Of a stretch of 24,524 nucleotides of DNA, positions 9,235 to 16,339 are shown one piece after another (the stretch's first letter is position 1; every line of letters starts with the position of its first letter). The position numbers were made by a program, and so were the translations under genes. The notes below the pieces were generated by a model. It ran no database searches. It worked only from the letters and a program-made list of their open reading frames with translations, and had not been told where the DNA came from. Source of the stretch: Halalkalibacterium halodurans (GTDB taxonomy: Bacteria; Bacillota; Bacilli; Bacillales; Bacillaceae_D); contig NZ_SNUY01000064.1 in assembly GCF_004376175.1 (NCBI RefSeq), forward strand, positions 1 to 24,524, written 5' to 3'.

Positions 9235-10155
9235 ATGAATCGCTGGCTTACTTATTTTCTTGTTTTTTTCGTTATGGTGTTATGGGGATTAAATGTGGTG
9301 ATGTTAAAACTACTCGTCACATCGTTCCCACCCGTTACGATGACCGCGCTCCGCATTTTTGTTGCCGGCTTTGTTGTTCTGCTCGTCTTACTTCTTTTAA
9401 AAACATTCCGGCAGCTGACGGCGACGGAGTGGAAATATGTCATATTGGCAGCTATCTTCGGTGTTTTAGGACATCATTTCTTTTTATCGATCGGGTTAAC
9501 GATGACGTCTGCATCCAATGCTGTTTTAATTTTGGCACTGCTGCCACTTACGACTTCGCTTTTGGCTATCCTTTTATTAGGTGACATGTTGACACGCTGG
9601 AGGGGTTTCGGAATTTTCCTTGGACTTACCGGTGTTTGTACAATTGTTCTTTTTGGAGAAGGGGGACTGGCAGGAATTCGAACGGGGGATGGCGTGATTT
9701 TCTTAGCGATGATGATTCAAGCCCTCAGCTTTGTTTACATAAAAAAAGCAACAGATACGCTGGATGCGAAGCAAGTGACAGGAATGATGCTTCTGATCGG
9801 CTCATTGCTATTATTTGTGACAAGTCTTATCATTGAGCCAAATGGTCTTGCCTCGATGGGAGATAAAGCACTGTGGATTTGGTGGGTTTTTGCCATTTCC
9901 GCCGTGTTTGCGACGGGTCTTGGGCACATTATTTATAATCAAGCGATTCATCAGCTAGGTACAGGTGAAACGGCGATTTTTAACAATTTGGTCCCGTTTT
10001 TTGGCCTTTTGTTTTCTGCGCTTTTTTTAGGCGAAGTGATTGCCCTTGCTCAAATTGCAGGCTTGCTTTTTATCGTTGCAGGGGTCATCCTTGGTACTGG
10101 ACATGTAGACGCTTGGATGCAGAAGCGTAAACGTCGCTTCGATCAAGTAGGATAA
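9235..10155 (+). CDS. EamA/DMT-superfamily transporter
   Basis: 306 aa, about 10 TM segments in two EamA-like repeats, with a basic C-terminal tail. A strong SD (AAAGGAGAGGGAG) precedes the ATG. Confidence 0.8.
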   Translation: MNRWLTYFLVFFVMVLWGLNVVMLKLLVTSFPPVTMTALRIFVAGFVVLLVLLLLKTFRQLTATEWKYVILAAIFGVLGHHFFLSIGLTMTSASNAVLILALLPLTTSLLAILLLGDMLTRWRGFGIFLGLTGVCTIVLFGEGGLAGIRTGDGVIFLAMMIQALSFVYIKKATDTLDAKQVTGMMLLIGSLLLFVTSLIIEPNGLASMGDKALWIWWVFAISAVFATGLGHIIYNQAIHQLGTGETAIFNNLVPFFGLLFSALFLGEVIALAQIAGLLFIVAGVILGTGHVDAWMQKRKRRFDQVG

Positions 10156-10160
10156 TGGAA

Positions 10161-10190
10161 AAAAGCACAGGAGGATTCTTCTGTGCTTTT
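10161..10190. terminator. bidirectional intrinsic terminator between convergent EamA-type gene and dapA
   Basis: Stem AAAAGCACAG (10161-10170) pairs perfectly with CTGTGCTTTT (10181-10190). An A-run upstream and a T-run downstream make it usable on both strands. Confidence 0.75.
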
Positions 10191-10202
10191 TCATAAGTAA
10201 AT

Positions 10203-11090
10203 TTAGCTAACAAACATATTGAACTGTGGGTTGATCGCTAGCTCTAATTGCCGCTGTTCTTCAGCCGTTAGCGGAACGAGGGGAAGGCGTACATGCCCAA
10301 CAGGAAGCCCTTTTAGTTCAAGAGCAGCTTTCACTGCAGTTGGGTTGGGTGTCATAAATAAAGTTTTCATGAGCGGTAGTAGTTTCCGATGGATCGCTGC
10401 TGCCCGCTCTACTTGTCCTGACAAAAATAATTGCACCATTTCTTGCATTTCATTTCCGATGATATGCGAAGCAACAGAGACGACTCCTGTCCCGCCGATC
10501 GATAAGAGCGGTAATGTCAATGAATCATCCCCACTGTAGACGCTAAAGTCTGCAGGAGAATGTTCAATAATTTCAGCAATCTGATCAAGATTGCCGCTTG
10601 CTTCTTTAATCGAAACAATATTTCTTAGTTCAGCAAGGCGTAGCGTCGTTTCCGCATCCAAGTTGACACCGCTTCTTCCGGGAATGTTGTAAAGCATGAT
10701 TGGTAAGGAAGTGGATTCGGAAATGGCTTTAAAGTGTTGAAATAAGCCTTCCTGAGATGGCTTGTTGTAGTAAGGGGTCACGAGCATGATACCGTCCACA
10801 CCTAAATCTTCTACTTTTTTACTCAGCTCAATCGAAGCCCTCGTATTGTTGGAGCCTGTTCCTGCGATGACGGGAACTCGGCCACCTGCGGCTTCCACTA
10901 CGGTGTGGAAAAGGGCCATTTTTTCATCTGTCGTTAACGTGGGCGATTCGCCAGTGGTTCCACCAACGACAAGGGCATCGCTCCCATTGGCAATTAATTC
11001 ATTTACAAGTTGACAGGTCGCTTCTAGGTTCACTTGGTCCTGTTCGTTGAACGGTGTGACCATCGCTGTAACAATCCGTCCGATATTCAT
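10203..11090 (-). CDS. dapA: 4-hydroxy-tetrahydrodipicolinate synthase
   Basis: Motifs present are TAMVTPF, VVGGTTGESPTL, LYNIPGRSG and the active-site Lys context VSIKEASG. The start is set at ATG 11090 (MNIGR), 9 nt after AGAGGAGG; the track start at 11099 abuts the SD. Confidence 0.9.
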   Translation of the reverse strand: MNIGRIVTAMVTPFNEQDQVNLEATCQLVNELIANGSDALVVGGTTGESPTLTTDEKMALFHTVVEAAGGRVPVIAGTGSNNTRASIELSKKVEDLGVDGIMLVTPYYNKPSQEGLFQHFKAISESTSLPIMLYNIPGRSGVNLDAETTLRLAELRNIVSIKEASGNLDQIAEIIEHSPADFSVYSGDDSLTLPLLSIGGTGVVSVASHIIGNEMQEMVQLFLSGQVERAAAIHRKLLPLMKTLFMTPNPTAVKAALELKGLPVGHVRLPLVPLTAEEQRQLELAINPQFNMFVS

Positions 11091-11198
11091 TCCGTGCATC
11101 CTCCTCTATTCATGGTTGAAATTGAAGTGCGTGATCGGTTGTCTCATTGGTGAATAGAGCTATACGACCTCATCGCAAAGAAAAAGCTATACGACATC

Positions 11199-11230
11199 AA
11201 AAAAGCAACAATGAGAGGGCTCATTGTTGC
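11199..11230 (-). terminator. terminator of the lysine-riboswitch expression platform
   Basis: The minus strand reads GCAACAATGAG-CCCT-CTCATTGTTGC followed by TTTTTT. An upstream ATGTTGC (about 11284-11290) can pair with the left arm as an antiterminator. Confidence 0.75.
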
Positions 11231-11289
11231 ATGGTATGTGTTGATTAACAACCATTCCGATGCGTGAGATAGCCCTCCATATAGCAACA

Positions 11290-11447
11290 TCCGCTATATG
11301 ACAGTTCTGTATTTATTTAATACAGAACCAGCCTTCAGAACATGAGATTCTTCCAGCTTCGGCAAATTCCCCTTTCCACAATTCTCAACGGATCTCATTC
11401 TCCTCCAATTGTGTACTCTTGGTTTTTGCACCTCTATCCTCACTTCA
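11290..11447 (-). promoter_or_regulatory. lysine riboswitch (L-box) aptamer in the dapA leader
   Basis: The minus strand reads ...GAAGTGAGGATAGAGGTGCAAAAACCAAGAGTA...TTGGAGGAG...GAAAGGGGAATTTGCCGAAGCTGG...AACTGTCAT. This is collinear with my memory of the B. subtilis lysC L-box blocks (GATAGAGGTGCGAACTTCAAGAGTA / TTGGAGA / GAAAGGGGA..GCCGAAG / CTGTCA). Confidence 0.8.
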
Positions 11448-11629
11448 ATAATAAGAAGTTGAGATATATGTGATTGTGTCTCCACCTTAACAGAAGATGA
11501 TTAAGAATGCAATGTAAAATCAATATTTTCGCTTAAGTTTATGTAAATAGTGAGGAAACACTTCTTTATTCGTGAGGGAAGATTAAATTGTTTTTCAAAT
11601 GAAGGGAATGCGATCGTTCTGTAGTTTGC

Positions 11630-11764
11630 TTAATGTTTTTGGACGATGTTGAGAAGCCTGTCTAATTCTTGACTACAGCTGACGGTAATTTCAGCAGTTA
11701 ACCCATATTTTGCAGCTAAATTAAGCATTTGCTCTCGTTTTTTTTCAATTTGTTTCACAACCAT
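11630..11764 (-). CDS. Spo0E-family aspartyl-phosphate phosphatase (44 aa)
   Basis: Not in the ORF track. My translation is MVVKQIEKKREQMLNLAAKYGLTAEITVSCSQELDRLLNIVQKH, which has the Spo0E-family SQELDxL(I/L)N signature and helix-hairpin layout. GGAG lies 10 nt upstream of the ATG. Confidence 0.75.
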   Translation of the reverse strand: MVVKQIEKKREQMLNLAAKYGLTAEITVSCSQELDRLLNIVQKH

Positions 11765-11986
11765 CAATGTTCAGCTCCATTATTCGTATTTCTTAAACAA
11801 CATTCAGATGATTTTAATCACACGACGACTATTATAGTCAATTTCTGACGATTGAAAAGAGGTTCACTAAAAAAAGTCAATATTACTCAAAAGTAGTAGA
11901 ATTTCGACAGGATTAGCGTTTCCTAAATCTTTCAGCATTGAAACGCCAGAGGTATAGGAAAACTATAATCAAAAGGAGGGGAGATA

Positions 11987-12673
11987 ATGAAACGATTAAC
12001 CGTCGTGGTGATTTCATTTGTGACGTTAGTTGCAGGCTGCGCACAGGAACCAACAACTTTCGGGCTTGCTCGTGACCAAGGACATGAGGCGCGCGGGACA
12101 GCCCATACTTGGCAAGGTCTAGAAGGACCACTTACCGATATGATGGTTCCAGAGCGTACAAGAAATGGGCTTGCGCGAAGAGACTCAAAGACGTTTGGTG
12201 AGCAACAAGAGCAAGCAGGGGCGAAACGAGGGCTAGGCTTTCGCCACCAAAGTCAACGGATATTGAAAGATCGAATGGGTACTGTGGAAGATATGCCACA
12301 AATTAGTGATCATCCACACATGAAGCAAAGGCAGCTCCAGGTAGGTGTTCAGGAAGTCCAAACACGAGAACAAGCAATTAAGCAGCGACTGCTTAACTTA
12401 GAATCGGTTCATAATGTCTACGTTCTGTCCAATGGGCATTCGCTTATCATCGGGGTAGATGCGGCAGAATCGAATCGAAAAAAGCTGCATCGAACGATCC
12501 GTGAGACGATTGACGACCTTGTCGATCTGAATCGTGTGACGATCACAACGAAAAGGGCCCACCTTCAAAGGATGAGAACATTTGAAGAAGGGTACCATCT
12601 AGGTCAGCCAATAGAAGCCGTTGAAGGGTTCTGGGGTGAGATGGTCGAGCGATTTAATCAAGATCAATCATAA
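11987..12673 (+). CDS. YhcN/YlaJ-family sporulation lipoprotein
   Basis: It has a signal peptide with the lipobox LVAGC. The C-terminal block VHNVYVLSNGHSLIIGVDAAESNRKKLHRTIRETI resembles the YlaJ/YhcN core. A strong SD (AAAGGAGGGGAG) precedes the ATG. Confidence 0.7.
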   Translation: MKRLTVVVISFVTLVAGCAQEPTTFGLARDQGHEARGTAHTWQGLEGPLTDMMVPERTRNGLARRDSKTFGEQQEQAGAKRGLGFRHQSQRILKDRMGTVEDMPQISDHPHMKQRQLQVGVQEVQTREQAIKQRLLNLESVHNVYVLSNGHSLIIGVDAAESNRKKLHRTIRETIDDLVDLNRVTITTKRAHLQRMRTFEEGYHLGQPIEAVEGFWGEMVERFNQDQS

Positions 12674-12677
12674 AAAG

Positions 12678-12712
12678 GAAAGCACGTTCTTATATAAAGA
12701 CGTGCTTTTTTA
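12678..12712 (+). terminator. intrinsic terminator after the YlaJ-like gene
   Basis: Stem AAAGCACGT (12679-12687) pairs with ACGTGCTTT (12700-12708), followed by a T-run. Confidence 0.7.
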
Positions 12713-12799
12713 TAAGGGCAACTACACTGAGTTTTTTAGAAACGTTAATATACTGGGGAGAGGTAGCCTGCATAAAGAGCGTGCAAACTACCTCTTTTT

Positions 12800-13372
12800 C
12801 TAATATAATCCTTCGTTATCCAGTACAGTCAAGTACGCCCGTTCCACCTGTTTAAGGTTGGACACAGCGTTTTCAAAATGCACCTTCGTTCTGGCGCGGT
12901 TTCCACTGGTTGGGTTTGATACAAGTTCATCGTGTAAGTTGGTTACCGTATTTAATTCAATTTCTAAGCTTTCCAAAACATTTCGCACACCTTGGAACTC
13001 AGAAGGAGTGTCTTTGACAAGCATGGATTTTGTCCAAGCATGAAGTTCTCTTAACCGCTCCCTTGCCTCTGGTTCATTCATTCGTACCGTCTGTCCCTCC
13101 CGGTAAAAAGGGGCAAGAGCTTCTAATTCATGAGCTGCTTCCATTAAATAGTATCCGAAATGGTCAGCATACTCAGTTACATAGTCCTCATGAGTATTTT
13201 GCTGTTGTTGCTGTACCTTCGTATTCGACGGTGGTGTGACCATTTTAGCTTGATCATGCTCCTGTGCGATCATATCGTTTGCTACTTGCTCTTCTGTCGC
13301 TTGTTGGCAACCGCTAAAAATGAAGCCGATCGTCGTCATTAGGAGAATGAACAGAGTGAATCGTCGTTTCAT
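12800..13372 (-). CDS. putative lipoprotein, function unknown
   Basis: It has a signal peptide with the lipobox IFSGC. The mature part is hydrophilic and looks helical, with a Gln-rich linker. No family was recognised. Confidence 0.65.
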   Translation of the reverse strand: MKRRFTLFILLMTTIGFIFSGCQQATEEQVANDMIAQEHDQAKMVTPPSNTKVQQQQQNTHEDYVTEYADHFGYYLMEAAHELEALAPFYREGQTVRMNEPEARERLRELHAWTKSMLVKDTPSEFQGVRNVLESLEIELNTVTNLHDELVSNPTSGNRARTKVHFENAVSNLKQVERAYLTVLDNEGLY

Positions 13373-13514
13373 ATGAATATAGACCCCTTTGTCTTTAAAT
13401 TCTTAACGTTAGTATAGGATGTTTCTTGCTTTGTATGCGTAACGGCTATTGATTGCTCAATTCAACTGACTGTACTAAAATGAAACAGATGACCTTAAAG
13501 GAGTGGACAAATAG

Positions 13515-14363
13515 ATGAAATTAATTGCCATAGATATGGATGGTACATTACTGAATGACGAGCGAAAAATATCAAAAGAAAATGCAGAAGCGATCAAGGC
13601 AGCACAACAAGACGGCATCCATGTGGTTGTTGCAACAGGTCGGGATTTTAAAGAGGCAAGCATGCCGTTAAAAGAAGCTGGATTAACCTGTCCCATTCTC
13701 TGTGTAAACGGAGCTGAGGAACGAAGTGCTAATGGCGAATTGATCCACGCCGTATCTTTGGCTAAAAATGAAGCGCTGACGATTTTAGATATATTAACAG
13801 CTGCGGATGTTTACTTTGAAGTGTACACAAACAGAGGGGCTTTTACTGATGATTATGAAAAAGGATTAGAGATTGTGATTGACGTTTTGCAATCGGCAGG
13901 ATCGGATGATTCATATGAGAAGATGCGTGAAATTGCAAAGCATCGATTTGAGTCTGGTGCTGTTCAGTTGACAGAGGATTATACGAAATTAATCGACTCA
14001 ACAGCTGTCTATAAATTTTTAGCGTTTTCAAGGGATGAAACAAAGCGACAAGCTGCAAAGGACGACCTTGAAAAAAAGGATGTCTTCTCCGTAAGTGCGT
14101 CTGCCTCTGATAACTTAGAGATCACACATTGGCAAGCACAAAAGGGAATTGCTCTCCGTCGGTTAGCTGAGCGCCTCGGCATTAACTCAGACAACGTGAT
14201 GGCAATTGGTGATAACTTAAATGATGTTTCTATGTTGAAGTATGCTGGTACGGCTGTCGCGATGGAAAATGGAGAAGCAGAAGTTAAACAATTAGCTGAC
14301 TTTGTCACAGCGTCAAATGAAGATAATGGTGTAGCTAAAGCGATCAACAAATGGTTGAAATAA
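13515..14363 (+). CDS. Cof-type HAD-IIB phosphatase
   Basis: HAD motif I is IAIDMDGTLL, motif II is VVATGR, and motif IV is AIGDNLNDVSM. The cap domain is typical of Cof/YidA-like sugar phosphatases. SD AAAGGAGTGG precedes the ATG. Confidence 0.85.
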   Translation: MKLIAIDMDGTLLNDERKISKENAEAIKAAQQDGIHVVVATGRDFKEASMPLKEAGLTCPILCVNGAEERSANGELIHAVSLAKNEALTILDILTAADVYFEVYTNRGAFTDDYEKGLEIVIDVLQSAGSDDSYEKMREIAKHRFESGAVQLTEDYTKLIDSTAVYKFLAFSRDETKRQAAKDDLEKKDVFSVSASASDNLEITHWQAQKGIALRRLAERLGINSDNVMAIGDNLNDVSMLKYAGTAVAMENGEAEVKQLADFVTASNEDNGVAKAINKWLK

Positions 14364-14378
14364 GTGAGAATAACGACC

Positions 14379-14411
14379 AAACCTACCTAGAAAAAGCAGG
14401 TAGGTTTTTTG
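14379..14411 (+). terminator. intrinsic terminator after the HAD gene
   Basis: AACCTACCT pairs with AGGTAGGTT across the loop AGAAAAAGC, followed by TTTTT. Confidence 0.75.
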
Positions 14412-14469
14412 CTATATAAAACGAAGTAGCAACAAAGTTCAATGTATTATAACAAATAGAAAATAACTG

Positions 14470-14498
14470 TTGACTATTATAGAACAGATGCGTATACT
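14470..14498 (+). promoter_or_regulatory. sigma-A-type promoter of a small transcription unit
   Basis: TTGACT (14470-14475), a 17-nt spacer, then TATACT (14493-14498). Confidence 0.5.
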
Positions 14499-14555
14499 GT
14501 AACTAAGAAAAAGAAACTTACTGAAAATTTAAAAAGAATGGGGAGTGAGAGTAGA

Positions 14556-14660
14556 ATGTTGAGAATCTCTGCTGATCAACAGGAGAAAAAGCCGGAAACA
14601 ACAACGGAAGAAGAGCCGACGATCCTTGATATGATTAACGACTATTATGGTCGTACGTAA
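14556..14660 (+). CDS. hypothetical 34-aa acidic peptide
   Basis: MLRISADQQEKKPETTTEEEPTILDMINDYYGRT, with GGGGAG upstream. It is bracketed by its own promoter-like element and terminator. There is no signal peptide and no family was recognised. Confidence 0.4.
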   Translation: MLRISADQQEKKPETTTEEEPTILDMINDYYGRT

Positions 14661-14672
14661 TGATTAAATGAC

Positions 14673-14706
14673 AGAGTTTAGCCATTGGGTTAAGCTCTTT
14701 TTTTTG
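14673..14706 (+). terminator. intrinsic terminator of the small transcription unit
   Basis: AGAGTTTAGC (14673-14682) pairs with GTTAAGCTCT (14689-14698), including 2 G-U pairs, followed by a T8 run. Confidence 0.7.
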
Positions 14707-14740
14707 TTCTGTAATATGACAGTAGGAGCATGAGAAACCC

Positions 14741-14769
14741 TTGACACAGAAGAAAAGGAAGTCTAGGAT
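14741..14769 (+). promoter_or_regulatory. candidate bioB promoter
   Basis: TTGACA (14741-14746), a 17-nt spacer, then TAGGAT (14764-14769). The operator-like repeat lies immediately downstream. Confidence 0.4.
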
Positions 14770-14771
14770 TA

Positions 14772-14806
14772 AATTGTTAACTTAAATTTATGATCAGTTT
14801 ACAATT
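14772..14806. promoter_or_regulatory. BirA operator-like inverted repeat (bioO)
   Basis: AATTGTTAAC (14772-14781), 15 nt, then GTTTACAATT (14797-14806). This is 9/10 symmetric and matches the Firmicutes BirA site pattern TGTtAAC-N-GTTaACA. It sits between the promoter and the bioB SD. Confidence 0.65.
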
Positions 14807-14829
14807 GATATTGATTGGAGGAGTGAGCA

Positions 14830-15831
14830 ATGAATTGGATTCAGCTTGCCCAAGAAGTGATTGAGGGGAAACGTATATCAGAAAATGAAGCGTTAGCCAT
14901 TCTTAACAGTCCTGACGACGAACTTTTGCTTTTGTTGCAAGGGGCGTTCACGATCCGGCAAACATACTACGGAAAGAAAGTAAAATTAAATATGATTATG
15001 AACGCAAAATCAGGATTTTGTCCAGAGAATTGCGGTTATTGTTCCCAGTCGTCCATATCGAAGGCACCGATTGACGCGTACCCGATGGTGAATAAAGAAA
15101 CCATTTTGGAAGGCGCAAAACGGGCTCATGAATTAAATGTGGGGACGTACTGTATTGTGGCCAGTGGGCGTGGACCTACGAATCGAGACATTGATCATGT
15201 TACGGAAGCGGTTCGCGAAATTAAAGATACGTATGGATTAAAGATATGTGCTTGTCTCGGTATTTTAAAACCGGAGCAGGCTGAGCAGTTAAAAGCGGCA
15301 GGGGTTGACCGATATAATCACAATGTTAATACATCGGCTCGCCACCATGATCAGATCACGACCTCACACACGTATGAGGATCGGGTAAACACGGTCGAAG
15401 TTGTAAAGCATAGCGGGATTTCACCGTGCTCAGGTGTGATCGTTGGTATGAAAGAAACAAAGGAAGATGTTGTGGACATGGCCTTTCAATTGCGGGAACT
15501 CGATGCCGATTCCATTCCGGTGAATTTCTTACATGCAATAGACGGGACACCGCTTCAAGGCGTCCATGAACTGACTCCTATTTATTGCTTGAAAGTATTA
15601 GCCTTATTCCGCTATGTATGTCCAACGAAGGAAATACGGATCTCAGGGGGAAGGGAAGTCAATTTAAAGAGCCTTCAACCACTTGGCCTTTATGCAGCTA
15701 ACTCCATTTTCATCGGTGATTATTTGACGACAGCAGGTCAGGAGGAAACGGCTGACCATCAAATCCTGAAAGATTTAGGATTCGAAGTGGAATCTGTGGA
15801 AGAAATGAAAGCAAGCCTGCAAGGCCAGTAA
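14830..15831 (+). CDS. bioB: biotin synthase
   Basis: Radical-SAM motif CPENCGYCSQS. Length and sequence are typical of BioB (YCIVASGRG, NHNVNTS). SD GGAGGAG is 7 nt upstream. Confidence 0.92.
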   Translation: MNWIQLAQEVIEGKRISENEALAILNSPDDELLLLLQGAFTIRQTYYGKKVKLNMIMNAKSGFCPENCGYCSQSSISKAPIDAYPMVNKETILEGAKRAHELNVGTYCIVASGRGPTNRDIDHVTEAVREIKDTYGLKICACLGILKPEQAEQLKAAGVDRYNHNVNTSARHHDQITTSHTYEDRVNTVEVVKHSGISPCSGVIVGMKETKEDVVDMAFQLRELDADSIPVNFLHAIDGTPLQGVHELTPIYCLKVLALFRYVCPTKEIRISGGREVNLKSLQPLGLYAANSIFIGDYLTTAGQEETADHQILKDLGFEVESVEEMKASLQGQ

Positions 15832-15843
15832 ACAAAATGGAAA

Positions 15844-15875
15844 GGGAGCGGCTTAGGTGCTGCTCTCTTTTCATT
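15844..15875 (+). terminator. intrinsic terminator after bioB
   Basis: GGGAGCGGC pairs with GCTGCTCTC (2 G-U pairs) across the loop TTAGGT, followed by TTTTCATTTT. Confidence 0.55.
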
Positions 15876-16047
15876 TTGAATCATGAGAAGAAGACAGACA
15901 TGATACACGCGGTCGTTGAGACATTTGCCTTGTCGAGCAATTCCTTCTTCGTAAATGCTCTAATCGCCGACGATTGCTTGTTTTTTTCGTGCAAATCGTC
16001 TGTAAAGAGAGCTACAATAGAGAAAAGGTTTACGAGGGGAGAGGGTT

Positions 16048-16339
16048 ATGCGATATTTTTCAACAGACAGCCCGGAAGTCAAAACAATTGTTGCCCAAGA
16101 CTCTAGACTTTTCCAGTTTATCGAAATAGCCGGTGAAGTGCAGTTGCCGACAAAGCCAAATCCTTTTCAATCGCTTGTATCTTCAATTGTGGAGCAGCAA
16201 CTGTCAATCAAAGCAGCGTCGGCGATATACGGTAGGGTAGAGCAATTAGTCGGTGGGGCGTTGGAAAAGCCTGAACAGCTGTATCGAGTATCAGATGAAG
16301 CGTTACGTCAGGCTGGCGTGTCAAAAAGAAAGATCGAAT
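16048..16339 (+). pseudogene. 5' part of an AlkA-like HhH-GPD DNA-3-methyladenine glycosylase gene, interrupted by an IS
   Basis: MRYFSTDSPEVK...FQSLVSSIVEQQLSIKAASAIYGRV...ALRQAGVSKRKIE. The reading frame then runs into the IS terminal repeat at 16340. Confidence 0.8.
16331..16339. repeat. target-site duplication (left copy), AGATCGAAT
   Basis: The identical 9-mer directly abuts both IS termini (16331-16339 and 17912-17920). Confidence 0.85.

Noticed and set aside
8727-9584. Track ORFs 8727..9149 (minus, 140 aa) and 9036..9584 (plus, 182 aa)
   Set aside because: They are antisense or out of frame relative to the two strongly hydrophobic transporter CDSs. They have no SD and an implausible composition.
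11294-11485. Track ORF of 63 aa on the minus strand upstream of dapA
   Set aside because: It coincides exactly with the conserved lysine-riboswitch aptamer, so the sequence is explained by RNA structure rather than coding.
11903-11909. Exact Spo0A-box heptamer (TTCGACA / TGTCGAA) between the Spo0E-like and YlaJ-like genes
   Set aside because: A single 7-mer is expected to occur by chance a few times in a window this size. I mention it in a finding but do not call it a site.
12761-12800. GAGGTAG...CTACCTC hairpin followed by CTTTTTC, considered as the terminator for the 12800..13372 lipoprotein gene
   Set aside because: The T-run is on the plus strand, which is the wrong orientation for the minus-strand gene. 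At best it is a back-up terminator for the plus-strand YlaJ-like gene, so I did not annotate it.
14009-14380. Track ORF of 123 aa antisense to the HAD phosphatase gene
   Set aside because: It lies entirely within a CDS that carries all the HAD motifs, and it has no start signals.
15837-16106. Track ORF of 89 aa between bioB and the glycosylase gene
   Set aside because: It starts inside the bioB terminator, overlaps the glycosylase start and promoter-like region, has no SD and looks like low-quality sequence.
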